A DNA stretch of 64,000 nucleotides from Haplodiscus bocki (Eukaryota), in the NCBI GenBank assembly GCA_965655095.1, contig OZ296654.1:28272001-28336000 (forward strand). Reading direction: 5' to 3'. The translations under genes and the position numbers were made by a program. Shown here piece by piece: positions 1 to 14,649 of this stretch (the stretch's first letter is position 1; each line of letters starts with the position of its first letter). The notes beneath the pieces were generated by a model. That model made no database searches. It saw only the letters and a list, made by a program, of their open reading frames with translations, and was not told the origin of the DNA.

Positions 1-445
1 TCCAGTTGATTAGAAAATCTATAATTATTTATATTTTTTTAAACGAGATTCTTATTTCAGCCCTGTAATAAAATCATAATTTTTTCCGATTTTTACTAAA
101 GTCATTCAGGAAGAGCGATTTCTTTCAAGACTTTAGGAAGATGGACTTCGTGGAAAAAAATAAAATTTTTCAAAAATTATTAAACTCCATAACAAAACCT
201 TATTTTCTGCTAGTGAAAAAACCTAGTAAATACACACGAGTGTCTGGAACTTTCAAAAATTGTTTTGGTAGGGGGATTCAAACTCCCTACTTGTTGGCCA
301 CCTAGCCACGGTGTCCTCGCGTTCAAGCAAATTGGTGGTCTACAAAGTGAAATCTGAGCGTCATGAGCATTTTTAGGAAAAGAAAGTAAAAGCGCAGCTA
401 CTCAATTGAAATTTAAACCTTTGAAAAGTTTTTTTTCGACGGCAC

Positions 446-469
446 AGAGAGAGAGAGAGAAAGAGAGAG
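446..469 (+). repeat. (AG)n microsatellite
   Basis: agagagagagagaaagagagag read directly. Confidence 0.85.
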
Positions 470-699
470 CTAACACTGTTTCACTGTGTAGGGATAGCTG
501 ACACTGAATATACAAGAAAGTGTGATTGATTGATGCATCAACCATAAATGATATTATCAAGGTCTTAAAAAGGCCTTGGGTTATTTGAATCGGAAATCAC
601 GCCAAGTATTGGCTAAATAAACAAGGACTGCATTTTACTCATTTAAAAGGAAGATTTTTAGTCTGCTTTTAAAAACCTGAAGACTTACACTTGTATCTC

Positions 700-3560
700 G
701 GACGCTGAAAGTCAGTGAGTTCCACCTCAAGAAAATGTGGTAAAAAAAGATTTGGAGGAAAACGAGGAAAACGAAACAGATAGTTCATTCCCCACCCGAA
801 TAGTTGTTCAATCGGGAACTGGCCGTGGGTAACTTTATTCTGTGTACAATTGCTTTTTTTTGTTGTTATACTGGAAAAAATAAATGAATGACTTCAGTTC
901 AAAACGTTGCTGAATGCCGAGTACACTTTTATGTATCCTCAATTCAAATGAACCCTTGATACTGGAACGAAGTTCAACTCAATTCACAGCCCAATTCATC
1001 TGTTTCTCTAATGATAGTAAAAACGTTGAGGTAATTTGCGGCAGAAACACAGCAGAGTTTTCTCGATGACTGAACGCAAGAGCTTAGAAAAGCATGAAAA
1101 GAACTGTTGCTGAAAACATATGTTGCCATATTTTCGATGGTTTTGATACCCACGGCCCTTTTCTTTGACAGTTTTTTGGCTGCAGTCTGGAAACCTAGGT
1201 GCTTATCAATTGTTACATTTACATACTTACACTGATTCGGTTTCTGAATTCTACATGAACCTACTACAATTGTTTCTCAGTTCTGCAGACGTTTATCAGT
1301 TTTGCGACAAAAAGTCAGGAATTTTGTTTTACTTTTGTTCAAGTTCAAGCGGTTAAAATAGAAGTAATATTTGAGTTTTACTAAATTTTCTCCTAAACGA
1401 TTAAGTGCAATCTCCGATTCACTATCACTGTAATAGAGCAAGCAATCATCAGCATACTGTATTATTTGGGCATTTTCATTTACTTGATTGGAACGGTAAC
1501 TTACATTTAAGTTGAACGGCAGTGGTCCAAGCACAGTTCCTCGAGGAGCACATTGTTTTAGTTCAATCTAATCGGAGACTACTCCCTTCACTAAAACTTG
1601 CTGTGATCGCATCTTCAAAAAACTCTCAAGGCATACAATAGTTCATTAGACGAATGAGAGAAATTTAGTGAGATCATTTTTTTTGGAAAAGATTCTATGT
1701 AATAATCAGTCAAAAGCTTTAGATAAATCCAAAATTACGGCATGAACCAAATTGCATTTTTCTATCTCATGACGAAGTGTTTCAATAAGATAAAGATTGG
1801 CATATTGTGAAGAGACCCCACTCCTAAATCGAATTTGAAACGGTGTAAGGATTCCATCATTTTCAACATACTTTGTTATTTGTCTATGTAAATTCCGATT
1901 TTCGATATTGATGTAGTAACTGAGATGGGACGATATTTGTTGCATCTAGAATATCATGTTTTTTGTAGATCGAGGTTATGGTAGCACATTGGAACTTTGC
2001 AGGGAAGCTACCGTTTCTGATACATTCTTTCAAAATGAAAGTTAGATGTGGGACAAAAGCTTGTTTACCGTCAATATTTGCCCAAACAGGAACTTCACAA
2101 GGACCCGTAGGCCTATTGTGATTAAGTCGCTAATGACATTGAAGCAATCTTTCTCTGGTACGACTCAAGAACAAAAAGAAGCATTACCAGCTGTAAAATG
2201 TGGTGCTCTTTCAATCATTTTGCCAAAAGGATAACATAGATTTGAAAAAAAAACGTATTTGAAGTGATTAGCATTTTTTTGTTCTCAAATATCAGCTGTC
2301 CAAACGAGTTTTGTACAGCTGTGAGATTATCGGAATGGAAATTGCTTCCTCTAACGATGTTAAAAAAATTGCCAACGGTTTTTTGCAGAGCCACAGTCGG
2401 ATAAAAATTCGGGCCAATGACTCCTGCTTATCTTATAACTTTTGCGAGTGCCAATCGGCTTCTGCTAAAAGCACGCTAATTATCAGCAAAAGAGTTTTGA
2501 CAGTACCTTTTGAAGGCAAGTTGGCGTTTAGCAAGGAAGTTTTTGCAGTCATGATCGGACCAAGTTTCTTTTGAGAGTTTCGGTGTTTTCTTCTTTAAGA
2601 AGACTTTTTTGAGGGGAGCATGTTTTTTCACAACACTAAACAACAAAGAGACTAACATGTCAAGATTATCAATGGGAGCTGAACACTGATATACTTTAAA
2701 CCATGGGAGACCTGACAATGTTTTGTAAAAACCGATTTTGTCATATTTTTTTAAATTTTCTGTTAACTATGATGGGACTTAATTTTTCAACAGTTATATC
2801 TGTAAATAGAGCACAACCAAATTGATCGGTTTTGAAAAGAACGTCAAAAACAAAGTTTTTGTTGTCCAGCGTACTTTCCGTTGGAGTATATTTCATGTGC
2901 GTCATCGTAGTTTTACAAATGCATGTTAGCAAAGTTGCCCAGCTATTGAAAAACCGTAGAGTAAAATCATAGGTTCTAGTTTTTCCCATTCGAAAGTTGT
3001 GAAGAAATCCAATTTTTAGTCACCCGTCATGGTGAACGGTAGCGATTGGCAAGTAGCGTTATCAAAAAGGCTCAATATTTCTTCGAGGAAGTCAGTTTGG
3101 TTAGGTTTCAGAAGATAATGGGTTACATTCAGAAGCATAAAATTAGCAAAATTATATTGGCATTCAAACCATGAAGATTCAAATTTGGTTTTCTTAAGAA
3201 CTTTCAAATCTGTACGTTCTTTTGGTTCTGGTCTTCAGAGGACAAAGAGCATTGCACCGCCACCCTTCTTTTTTTCCATTGTTTTGACTTCTATCACATC
3301 TAAACAGTTCATGGGTCATGGGTTGGAGAAACGACGTTCCATAAAGATAAAGCAACATCAGGCTTAAGCCAGTTTTCAGAGATACCAAATATAACAATTT
3401 CGCCCATGTCACTTACAAAAGATTTCAATTGCATCCGTTTTTTTAGTTACACCATGATAGTTCATGTGAATGAAGGACACTACTTTTTTATATTTCTCAG
3501 ACCACTGGAAAAACTAAAATAGCTAAAATCAGGACCGGGATTTTTTTCAATGTCACCTCA
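700..3560 (-). pseudogene. LINE ORF2 (APE endonuclease + reverse transcriptase), fragmented
   Basis: APE motifs FRCDRS..GGGAML and MTGD (3016-3412); KKHAPLKK linker; RT motifs QIRFRSG and LDLSKAFD (1706-1945), LGPL and QYADD (1277-1534). Confidence 0.88.
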
Positions 3561-3619
3561 ATTTTTTATGAGTAAGGAAGCGTAAAGGAAAAAAACTAAA
3601 GTGTTAAAAATATTGTCAG

Positions 3620-4361
3620 ATATCCCAAGGTTTCAAAACGGATACTTTTTCAAACCATTGCAGGCATAAAACAATAGCCTAATGTCCCACTTTTACAGCC
3701 TGTAAAGATTATCAAATACCAGCTTTTGAATATCTTGCGTGAATAAAAAAACTTTCCTATATGCAGTTTTAACATCGCAAACATCATCTTTACTCCTCAG
3801 GTCAAGGGTTGTTTTTGTACGTAAAGGAGTCAAGTCACCATTTACATAGATACTGGTTTCTTTCAGATTTCTTTTGAGCTTCATCAATTGGTGCTTAGTA
3901 TTCCGCAGGACAAACTTGGGAATTAAAAGTTTTGGGCACTTAACTCCGCCCGGTAGACGGTGACAAGTACTAGAATCATTAGCAGTGATTGTGACTCCAG
4001 TTTTTCCAGCCATAATAAACACCTTGGCGAAGGCGTCTTTATCCGCTTCCTCCTCTACACCGAAGATGCGCAAGTTCTCCTTTCGCCGGTAGTGCTCAAT
4101 GCTGTCAGCCTTTATGACTGGCAACCGGTCAACGACATTAGAAGTTTTCATCCTCTGCTGCTCGTCAACAGCGCAAACGCTGCAAACGAAGGGTCTTGCG
4201 AAGAAGTTTTTAGGAATGAGCGTAGGCACCTAAACGTTTGTCAAGATGATGCAGCTATTCTCGTCCATTCCAGGCTCAGTGCACTCCTTGAGATGGTTGC
4301 TGCCGTCGTCCTTCTTTGCTGGGTTTGGCACAGATGTTTAGTTTGTGCGCGTTGGCGCCAT
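3620..4361 (-). pseudogene. LINE ORF1 (Tnp_22/L1-ORF1-like RNA-binding protein)
   Basis: ORF 3693..4229 has EHYRRKENLRIFGVEE, STCHRLPG, LMKLKRNLK and IYVNGDLTP, typical of invertebrate LINE ORF1. An upstream ATG lies at 4361. Confidence 0.8.
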
Positions 4362-4813
4362 CAGTATTTTACAACAAATCTGAAAAGATTTCTTGGACAG
4401 CTGCAGACAAAAATTAAGTTCCCAAGAAACTCCCAGCAAAAAACTGATTTTCAGTGAAAAGATGTTCTAACCAATCAAACAAGTAGCAAGCAAAGACAGA
4501 ATCTTTACATATGGCATCAAAAATATGTGCATTTCAGTCGTTATGAAGTGTGCAAGAAAGTGCTTAAGAACATCCGTTAAACCTATGGTGAATTTTTAGT
4601 CTCAACCTCTGTTGGCAAATTCATTATTTTTCGTCCATTGGCACTTTTCTCACATTTCGAAACCAAATACTGGTGAAAAATGTCTGCTGTACGAAAAAAG
4701 GTCAGAAAAAAATACAAATCTTCAGCTCTAATCCCTTTCAAAAAGATTTATGTGGTAATCCCAAAAGTTATCTGGTAATACGTAATCATTATGTTACCCG
4801 GGCAAAAGCGCTA

Positions 4814-5535
4814 CCCAGTGCTTAGAATCTCAATTTTTTTGGCAAGACATGCCAGTTTTTGCAAAATTTCTCAAGATTGCGGAAAGAAATACAAAATTAT
4901 CATAGATCTTGGCGAGAAAACGTGAGGCAATCGTAATATTTTTATAAAGTTCTACAAATTAACTGAAGGTGTACGCTACCACGTCCAAACGTAATAGCAA
5001 TTCTCACTTGTCATCAACATCACGAGCAGATTATGATCACAGCAAACTGAGAGTCGATTTTGAGGTGGTTTGAATAATTGCAGGTGATCGTTTTGCCAAT
5101 TCAACAATGGGCACTGTTTTTGCATAATGACAACTTTGGTCACCCATTGTTTGGCCAACTACTTGGATTTTTGGTAAAAATTGTGTGAAAAACAGTGAAG
5201 TCTGTCTAATTTACATTATAGTTACAAATTTGTAATGTTTAGAAGTTTTCATAAATTTTTTTTGAAAAATTCAGTAAAATGAATCACTTATAACAGAAAT
5301 TATAAAGCTTGCGCAAATAACTTTTTGTTCATCTTGTCAAGAAGATCAAAATTTTTTGCTCTTCTTGTCAAGATATCCAATAAAAATCTTGGATTTCCCG
5401 GCAAGAAGAATTGCCAAAATCTTTGCAAGAACTTTAATATCATCCTATAAATCGAAGATCTTGGCAAAAAACGACACCAGATGATTTAAGAAAGTCCAAG
5501 AAGTTGACAAGAGAACCAAGATTCCAAGCACTGGG
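4814..5535. mobile_element. MITE / non-autonomous TIR element with TA target-site duplication
   Basis: TA|CCCAGTGCTTAGAATCT ... AGATTCCAAGCACTGGG|TA; internal cttggcaaga-like subrepeats; non-coding. Confidence 0.8.
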
Positions 5536-5902
5536 TAGAGTCAACGAGAGAATCGTTTCAGCATTTTGATAAGTAAAAGCAAACATAAAGTGTGTAAGGA
5601 CTCAGATATGTTCGCGCCGTCAAAATTTTCTGCAGCTTCCCCCCTCTTGCGGAATTGCAAAAGTTCGATTTCCGTGTCAAATTTAGAAGGAGGGTGAGGT
5701 GTCAGAACATATTGGATTGATAGCTCAAATGTTGCACTTGAGTTAAGCTATTCGGAAGTCAATTCAGGTGACCTTCGATGAATCAGGCGGAAATAAGCAC
5801 AAGTTATCCATTTCAGTTCTTCACAAAATTTATGCAGAAAACAAAAAATATGCACTTTTGCGAAAGTGGCTATTTTTGAACCCAAAATTACTGTTCGAAA
5901 TA

Positions 5903-6414
5903 CCCGGGTTGCACTTTTTTAGCGAACACGCCGCAGTTTTCCCGGTATAGTAGCGGAAACACCACTAACGCCGTTAGCTTTCTAATTAAACACCGTTTAC
6001 GCCTTTATACCGACAAGGACCGCCATTAACACCTGTATCGTTCCGGTTTACCACATTTAGCTCTGTATACCAGAAAGGAAACGGGCCGACAAAAAATCAT
6101 AAATTTACTAATCGTGATGAATCACAAAGCCATACTCATTCAATTTTTTTCGAAAAAGATTCTGAAACATTTCACAGCAAAATTTCTTCGATATAGTGGC
6201 ATTCCCGTGACAGCGGCAACCAGTGACGAAAGAAAGAAGTTAAATTTCACTCTTTAGTTCATGTTTCTGAAGCAGTTCCGTCAGTTTTAATCTAAGTTAT
6301 TTTCTAAAGTTTTCTTCCGTTCTTTTTCTCAACTTGTTCTTTATTTCCATCTACAAGTGCTCCGGGCATGGTTTTTTTAACGCTGTTGTTCGCTGCGGCT
6401 GATTTCAACCCGGG
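5903..6414. mobile_element. Possible MITE
   Basis: Short inverted ends CCCGGGTTG ... CAACCCGGG. TSD not clean. Confidence 0.35.
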
Positions 6415-7876
6415 AGATAAGAAGGTTCCAGATAATGCAAAAATAATGACGGCGATAGTGATCACCTGTATTTTCCTAGTATACCAGTGTTGAAAAGTTG
6501 CCAGTTTTTTACTGGTATGACACCGGAAAGGACGCTAGTATTTCCTTAGCATTGCAGAGGAAATCGCGACCGGTATTTTTTAGTTAGATCCCCATTAAAG
6601 TCGCTGTTTTTCATTAAACGCTATTTTTTGGGTATTAACCGCGCCGAGGTCAATTTTGAAATTCGTTAATGCTCTCATCTCATTGATTGCCAGTACAAAA
6701 AACAAATGATGGGAGCCTATATTCTTTCGTTCAAAAGTTTCTGGTTAATTTCAGGGCAATTTAGGTCGGCTTATGTTGCAAGCTTCCGCTTGCAGCAGAC
6801 AACTATACAACATCACTTATGGTAATCCTTGCAACGGTTTAACATAGATATATTTGCCTGTAGCCCAGAAAGGAAAAAACAATTGAACCTTTTACATGAA
6901 AAATAGGTTTTTATAGTTTTATGAATGTACGAACCAGAGTATACGTAGATGTATACATGGAAGTATATGTAAGGTGAATTAAACCTATGTAACGAACGAA
7001 AATATCAGTGCAAAAGCAAATGCGTTTGAAAATACAGTGTTGCAAAGTGAACATATAAATATTGGGGCTACTTTAATCGTAATAGCTAAAAATTTGATAA
7101 TGGCTCATCTTAGTAAAAATGGCAATGGTGGACGCTTAAAATGGACTGGCCAAAACTAAATCAGCGCAGTAAAGTGAGTAAGCGTCCGGTTCCTTGGTTG
7201 GCCTAAGACCTGACAAAAAATCACTGTCAATGAAGCTGGACAAGCATTTGAGAGCAGTTAATACGTCATAGTTAGAGTTACTTGATTTTGATGACCAACA
7301 GTGTGCTTTTTGAGAAACCATCACAGTAATATACTCTTACGACCCCTGCATGGAGCGTAGTTCGCCAAGATAATGCATGATTCTGCCCTGTGAGCGGGAA
7401 ATCATGGAAGAACCCAAACGGAGACTCGGAGGTCAAAAACTGGCAATCAGTGGTCAAAACAACACCAACGACCTAGCCAACATGTCTTGACTAGGTTGAA
7501 TGACTGCGTTTGGAGGAAAATTGAAAAACTGTTTTGTTCATGTTTTTTATTGAAACCTACCCCTTATAAATTTATCAATCACCGAAACAAACCATATTAA
7601 ATGTCATAAAGAAGGAATAAACCCCAATGGTGACCACTGGTTCATAAAAGGATTCTGTCTTACCTTTCTTTGCGCCAGTTTGTAGATATTGTCCAAAATA
7701 AACTCGACGACTAGTGTCTGATCTAGACAAAGTGGCACACGCAGGTTATAGGTGTCCAGTTTGATCCAATTCACAAATTCAGCCCCAGCGGTCTGTTTAA
7801 CATACTTTATCCATATCCTAACAATTTTTCCCATTGGTTCTTTTCATAACAAATATCAGATGACGTTAGCACGAAG

Positions 7877-8280
7877 AGAGTGAGTCGATGAGGTAAAGGT
7901 TCACGACCATGCATGTTTTAAGATAGGCGATAGACCCTGGAACTCCGGCTAGATCCTCCACCTATTTATTAGGATAAGCAACATTTCGGCAATGCACCAC
8001 GGTAGGGAGTGGGTCCTTTGTGTTTTAAGATAGTGTTAAGGTCGGGTCGAAGTAATAAGATAGGGGGTTAGAGTCAAGCTATTATCACAGGGCCCCGAGT
8101 TGGTGTACTATAATAGGGAGCAAGATGTAAAAATAGGGTTTTTTGACAACTTTTCGGCACTGTAAGACATTTTCGAGAAACTTTTTTGCTTTTTCTTCCA
8201 AGTCCCCGTGGACAAATATTGCGGGGCGGTATTGAACTTTACGCCTGTAGATATTGCTATGACTTTGAAGTGAATTTTTT
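7877..8280 (+). repeat. Left TIR of Polinton A (contains degenerate 28-bp units)
   Basis: tgttttaagataggcgatagaccctggaac and ttttcggcactgtaagacattttc..acaaatattgcggggcggta match the reverse complement of 21490-21942. Confidence 0.75.
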
Positions 8281-11200
8281 TCTTCCTTTGAAGAGGCCAG
8301 AGTCTCGATCATAGTGTTTCTCACGCCTATTACAGCAAGTATACGGAATGAAATTTGGTTTTGATTTGGCTGGAAACTCATCCGCACAGTCTCCACTTTG
8401 CAAAGAACTCAGCAATTCCTCCTTAGCTCATGCTAGAGAGAGGGAGTCCTAATCTATCTTCAATGCTTCACTTTTTTTAACATCGCAAAGAAATTTCGCA
8501 AAAAGTGTATTGAAACTGTAGCATTCTGTGCTTTGCCTAATGCAGAAAAAAAACCATCAAATAATGCTTCTTTGCTTTCATTTTTTGACTGACAAGCTCT
8601 ACTTCATACGGCTGATGGTTTACAAAACCCAAGAGTTTAAATATTTTGTTCTTGATAGCCCAATGTGTCTCCTCATCTTTGAAACTTTGTTACTGTATGT
8701 TGACTCCGATCCATATTGTGGTAACAATCGCAACAATTAACTAGTATCATCATTGTAAGAGCCACAACAAAGGAATTCGGGTTCCTACTGCCTTTTTCCT
8801 ACCTTCCACAGCAGGAATGGCAAAGTTTTTGAAATAGTCACTTACAGTTTACTGAGCAACGCGATTGGTTACTTTGCAAACACATTTCAAGCCTAAATAG
8901 AAGAGCATCAACGGTGTACTGATTGTACCATCTTCCAAAAAATTTGACTTGACCATTCTCCTAGGCTGAGTCGAAAATCCTTCACTCTGGCATGTTCTTT
9001 CATACTAAGTCCAATCTCATCTCTGGAAATATTACTGTTCTTGAAGAATTGTGGAATGTTTGCAAGTTTTTCCCGGAGATTGTCAATAACTTCATTGTCG
9101 CATTGAACACAAGCAAACGGAATTCCATTTTTGATATCTTTTCAGAAGTCTTTTGCCTCTGAGAGGCATTTGTTGGGGGAAAATGTCACGCAGAAGTTTT
9201 TTAACGAGAACATTTGTCTTGTATACTTTTCCATCAATCAGATTTCTACCTCTCCAAAACGTTATAACAGATTTCCTAAAAATTTTGTTTTCGTAGTCCG
9301 TCTACTTACGTTTTTCTAACGCCTCTTTGAGTTTGTTTGTCAGTGAGAGAAAGACGAGCTTACTAACATGAACAATATTGATAATAACACCCTAAAGTTT
9401 CAATGACAGTGATGTAGTGTCCACAAAAGCTTCAAACCTCCATTTCTCTCTGTGTACTCATCGTGTAAAGTCTATCAATTCACACTGACTCGCTGAAAGT
9501 AAAGCATGACCATGTTTTTTCCTCATCTTGTTTTGACGATGGCTATTTTTTGAGGACTTAGAATCTAACTCCCATTTCGTCTCCAGACGCACAGTCATTG
9601 CTCGTCACGTGGAGTAAGGACGAAGCTGACAAGCAACAACTCCGTTAATTTATTTTTTTAACACCAGTTCGTTGAATTTCGAAACGGCCTATTGTCCACT
9701 CATTTTTCGTGGTAAATACGTTGTACGGTCCACCATGAATTTCTTTGCGTAATTTCTCCAACAATTTTTTGTCGCCCTCTGTGAAGGGACAAAACTTTGA
9801 TGTAGTTGATTAGTGAAGACAAGACTTGCTCCATTCGTGAAAGTACATCCACTTTAACACATATCAAATTCATTATTGTGGTGAAAACTGACCATCTTTT
9901 GCATAGCCACCAACGTTGAAACAACGTTCTCGTTGTTATACCAGCGTAAAAAGTCTTTGAAGGTGCGTTTTTTCTTGTTCTCACTCACTGATCAAATCAT
10001 GGCCTTTTTCTTGTCCTTGTGATGGTGGCTGAGTTACTCAAATTTCAGTTATGCTTCTTCCGATGTCACACTACCATAAATAAAAATTTATGGAATTCTG
10101 GATAGTTTTTCCCAGGGGGAGCTTTATTGCATAAACTGCTGCAAAAAAACTTCTACGAAAGAAGGTGAGTATTGTTGAGCTTTTCTGGATTAACGAACCT
10201 TTCCTGTGGAAAATGAATTTTTGACTCTAATGACTTCTAGGCTTTCGGGAAAAAATCATGACTGTGGCTGCTGCGAAAAATTTCAACAACTCTAGTTACT
10301 GAAAAACTTCAAACTTGAAAAATACCATCTGATTAGCCACCTTGATCACTGTTGATTCACTTTTTCGTTCAATAACGAAGGATGGTAACAACTTTTTTTC
10401 AGATGATTGTCGTATTATGCACTTTTGAAACCAAAGACAGGAAGAATTTTTCTTGAGCCTTCGAAGAGACCCTGCAAATGGATAAATTGGTTTGATTGTG
10501 TCGGTATAAACTGTGTCGATGCATTCTGCTCTTCTGTTTCTTTGCACAAGTCTTCAATTCACAACACTGGCTCTTTGCGAAAGTGACGCTGAGTAACAGT
10601 GCAGAAATTGTGATTGAGTTTGCTCTTTATATTGGTACTGACCTACATTATTTAAAAATTCAGTGGGATTTGGTCTCTGATGAATAGCATCAACAAATGA
10701 TTCCAGCAAGCCTCTTGGAATGGAATTGAATATAAAGATTGGTTCTTCTCTCGAAATACACGAACAGGATATAGACCGTGGTACATTCTTGCCAATCCAG
10801 GCGGTGAGGTGGTGGTGTTGGTGTAACAAGAAGGGTCTTTCTGCACAAAAAACGATTCCAAATGAAATATTGCCAAGTTTGTAAAGAGCTTCTGATCATC
10901 AGTTTAAAAGATACAAAAGGAGTGTTTTTCGATAGACAGTGCTTCTTCTATTTCATACACGTTCTATGTGAAAACGTGTTTACCTCCCTCTTTGCAATTT
11001 GTTTATTGTGTCTTCAGATTAAGAGATTTATTCATGATTTGAAGACGCGATGGACAACGATAGGTTTTGCAGACGACGTTGATACAGACATAGTAATTGT
11101 GTTTTTTGAAGGTATTAGTCGTAGAGTAATTAGTATTTCCCCATACTTCTCCTCGTACGCTATCCAGGCTCAGATTTGTCAAGCATGACAACGTTGTTTT

Positions 11201-12230
11201 TCAAAATATCTGCTCGCAAAATGTCCTCAACATCAGAGCTTTATTCCATACAATCACCCCGAAAGTTTGCAGGGTTAATCTTGTCGTCAGTATTATCCAG
11301 GTTTCGACTGTTAAACTAGAAGTTTTTTCTTCACGTCTTTCATTCCCAAAAAAATGCAATGCTACAGCCCCGATAAGACAAAAACTATCGTTGTACGGTT
11401 TTCGGGTTTTCTTCTGAACTCTAAAACTTTTGACGGTAAAATCTCTCAGTAACGGATCTGGTAAAAAAGCGTACTCACATCATCTGGGATTTCCTTTGAG
11501 TAATGCAGCAAAAATGTTTCTTCGTTCAGCTGGTAAGTTTTCCGCTTTTTGTTTGCACGTTTTCTTGTGCACGATTCGAAGACATCGGTGTCACTTAGTA
11601 ATTTCGTGCTTCTTGACCTTTTTTCCCTGATAGCTACGAGTTTAGATCGGTCCAACACCCTAAATGTTTTTATAGTAAAACCGGAAACTTCCATTTCTAC
11701 ACCTTTGGAAACAAAATCGAATACTACATTCAACTTAGTTGCATATTGATGACTGTCAAGAACAACATCTAACCTTTGCAAAACGGATTTCGGATCCAGA
11801 CTATCCATAAAAACGTCAAATACTCCATGTCTTGCAATCCCCCTCACAACGTCCTATAGAAAGTGCTTGCATGTTTCTAGTTTTTTTTTGTCAAGTTGTT
11901 GGCATCAACTACTCCCATTACTTGTGTAACATCAACCACTTGAGCGTTGGGTTCTCTCCGTGCTCCATATTTTCTTCATTTAGGACCTCGCAATAGGTGA
12001 AAGCTGTGAAAACATTTTATCCCAACTTTTACAATTACAAAAAGCGCTATCACTTGCTGCAGGGTTCTTCAGAGCCAGAAGATGAATCATGTCATCATGT
12101 CAGGTCGGGGTGTTGTCGGGAAGTTAGTACAAGAACGAAAAAGTTGAGTTCCAGCATAAAAAACTCTTTTGGTGACGCACAAAGTTATGCCAAGTTTTTT
12201 CCGCTGCACAAGTAACTTTCTCATTGAGAT
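8280..12230 (-). pseudogene. Protein-primed family B DNA polymerase (pPolB) of Polinton A, 3'-truncated
   Basis: Frameshifted motifs: TAWIGKNVP..EEPIF, IKVANQ..FKF, YNNxNVV, A-QLRPYS (DxxSLYP equivalent), CVQCDNEV, NPNSFVVA.TM, MDRSQHTVTK, DSGLFK. Confidence 0.8.
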
Positions 12231-14649
12231 TGAGGGAAGGCATTTCAGTACAAATAATTGCAACAGAGGAATCTGAAACAGGCTTTGAAAATTGGAGCAA
12301 CTTGGCTGTATTAATGCAAAAAGAAAACTGGTGGTTAACTTTTATCAGCTGTCACTCTTTACTTTATGCAACGTATGAAGAGTCTATAAAAGGAAATACT
12401 AGTCACATCACTACAAGAAGAGCTGTCAATCAAAGTTGCAATTCGAAAACTGACGTGAGCCTGTTGGCATCCCAATGATAATAAACAAAGGAAACATCAA
12501 AACACATTACGTGAAGCTGTTCTCTTTCACTCTTCAGAGCTAGTTTTGTGTACCACTTTTTTTACTTCAATAGTAATATATTTAAAACAAGATTGTAATC
12601 ACTTACGCTTATAACAAATATGAAAAACTTTAAGAAAAGACTGGTCTACATGAGCATGAAAAGTGCGTTTACACTCAAAATTTGAATTATCCCCGCTATT
12701 GGTACGTCGCTAATAAAACTGACGCGAGAATTTAACACAAATGATCTGAATTTGCTCTCTATCAACTGCCAGAACAAGTTTTCCTCTTTGGTCGGTTTTC
12801 AGAGGAAACCAATCAAGTGGAGTGTGGTTTCAGAGCTAGTGTGCCCGCGAAAGGAACTCAAGTGGAACTTTGATCCTCTATTTAGACGGCAGACTGTGCG
12901 TGGAAAACAATCCACTGGAACAATGTCCCACTATAAGGAGTCAAGTTGACTGAGAAAATACTTCAAATGGAAAATTGATCTTCCGGGAAGGCGACAGCTT
13001 TCCAAAGAAAACCATTCAGCAGATCAAGGTCCCCTGATGGATATACAGCTTGTTCGCGGAGTTTAAATTGTATGTGTTGACCAGTTTTGTCTCAACTGTC
13101 AATCAAAACAGTTCCATTACAGAAAAAAGAAACGATGAAAATTTCACAGAGTCTGAAACAAATAGGTTGAAAGGTTCTGATTCAGAAACAAACGGACGTA
13201 AGTTTTCGCAGTGACATAGTGAACTCATCAAAGCTCCTAACCAATATACCACAGTTTCTGAAAACACTGTCCGAAGACGAATGTTTTAGTCTAATTGGTT
13301 GGAACAAAATGAAATCCATCACTGAACGTCTAAAGCTTCAACCAACCGCATCTCTCCTACCGGTACACGACAAAACTTTTCATTTTGTAGACTAGACTTT
13401 ACCGACTAAAAGCAGTTAAGGTCTGTCAAAGAGCAAAAACCTAAACTGTACAACATACAACTTGTTTCCAGTCAACCAAGACATACCAGGACAACTCCAG
13501 GACAAAACGGATTAAGAGAGTTTTTTAACACAACAACTCTGATGTTTTCCATTCTCAGCATTGAACAGCACGAAGTAGCAGAGGTTCAAACAAGAAAAGT
13601 TTCAGAATCAAGTTAGTCCAATTTTGCGATTTGAAGACACATCAGCATTATATCTTCCGATAAGGGTTGAAGTTTCCCGAAAAAAAAGATTGGTTGCCTA
13701 CTCGACATTTTGCGCGATTTTCTCAAAGGTTTTGATCAAGCTGGAAAACTTTCACAAAATCTACTGCAAAAACACGAAATTGTCATTTGATCTACAAAAT
13801 CAAACGACAATGGCTCTGCTCTTTGCTACAAAAACATCGTTGAAAAAAAGAAAAGACATTCATTTTTTGTTCTACTTTGAACTCAACAAAGCTTGCATAT
13901 TTTCGTATATAAAATCTGAATCACACAGTACTCAATTCTTACTTGCAGAAACTGTCAACATTAGTACGGTCAAAACTCACCACCTCTAAGAGAGCCGTAC
14001 TTACGTTGCATACTAGAGTGAAATATTCCAGAGCAATCATAATGTGGAGCTCATTCCCTTCTGATTATTGATTAGAGAAAAGCAATTTTACCCCCACTAG
14101 ATGGGAACGTGTATTAGCCAGAAAAAAGTGTTCTTGAAAACTTTGCGTGCACAGAAAGACTTTTAAATCTCTCCGCAGCAGCGAATATCACTGTCCAGAA
14201 ATCGAAACCACGTGTCAGGTGCACAATGTTTTCTTTGAAAATCAAAGAACTTCATTTTTTTCGTGTGACCAAAAGATTTGGATATTTGAAGAGATGCTAA
14301 AAACAAATAAAGACATTGATTGAGATGTCTTTTGTCCTGCCAGTTATTTTATTGGATATAAATATGGGTATATTCAAACTTGGAGGAGGACAATAAAAGA
14401 TGCTGCGAATGGCCAGAATGTAACTCGTGCTCTCAAGTTTTGATTTTTCCTTCTCGGGAGCAAAAGACAACCTTGGATTTACTTGCCAGAGTTGGCGTAC
14501 ATTTTTTTTATAGAAAAACGATTCGCGACTACGGAAAAGAGAAACCAAGTCATTCTCGAAAAACTTTTTCACCAGTCACAGTTACAACCGATGTTTGTCA
14601 GAATAGGCTAAAATCAATCCCGTGATAGGGTAATCGTGTCAACTTCCCA

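Larger units (their letters stand above)
600..4500 (-). mobile_element. Degenerate non-LTR retrotransposon (LINE, CR1/L2-like), near full length
   Basis: ORF1, AP-endonuclease and RT fragments are colinear on the minus strand, with many stops and frameshifts. Ends are approximate. Confidence 0.85.

Noticed and set aside
267-312. tRNA gene on the minus strand
   Set aside because: Only A/B-box-like remnants, spaced too closely; at most a SINE fragment.
3960-4457. 165-aa plus-strand ORF
   Set aside because: Antisense shadow of LINE ORF1; no motifs.
7604-7834. Possible host exon (minus strand, AAG|GTAAG donor near 7662)
   Set aside because: No recognisable domain or partner exons.
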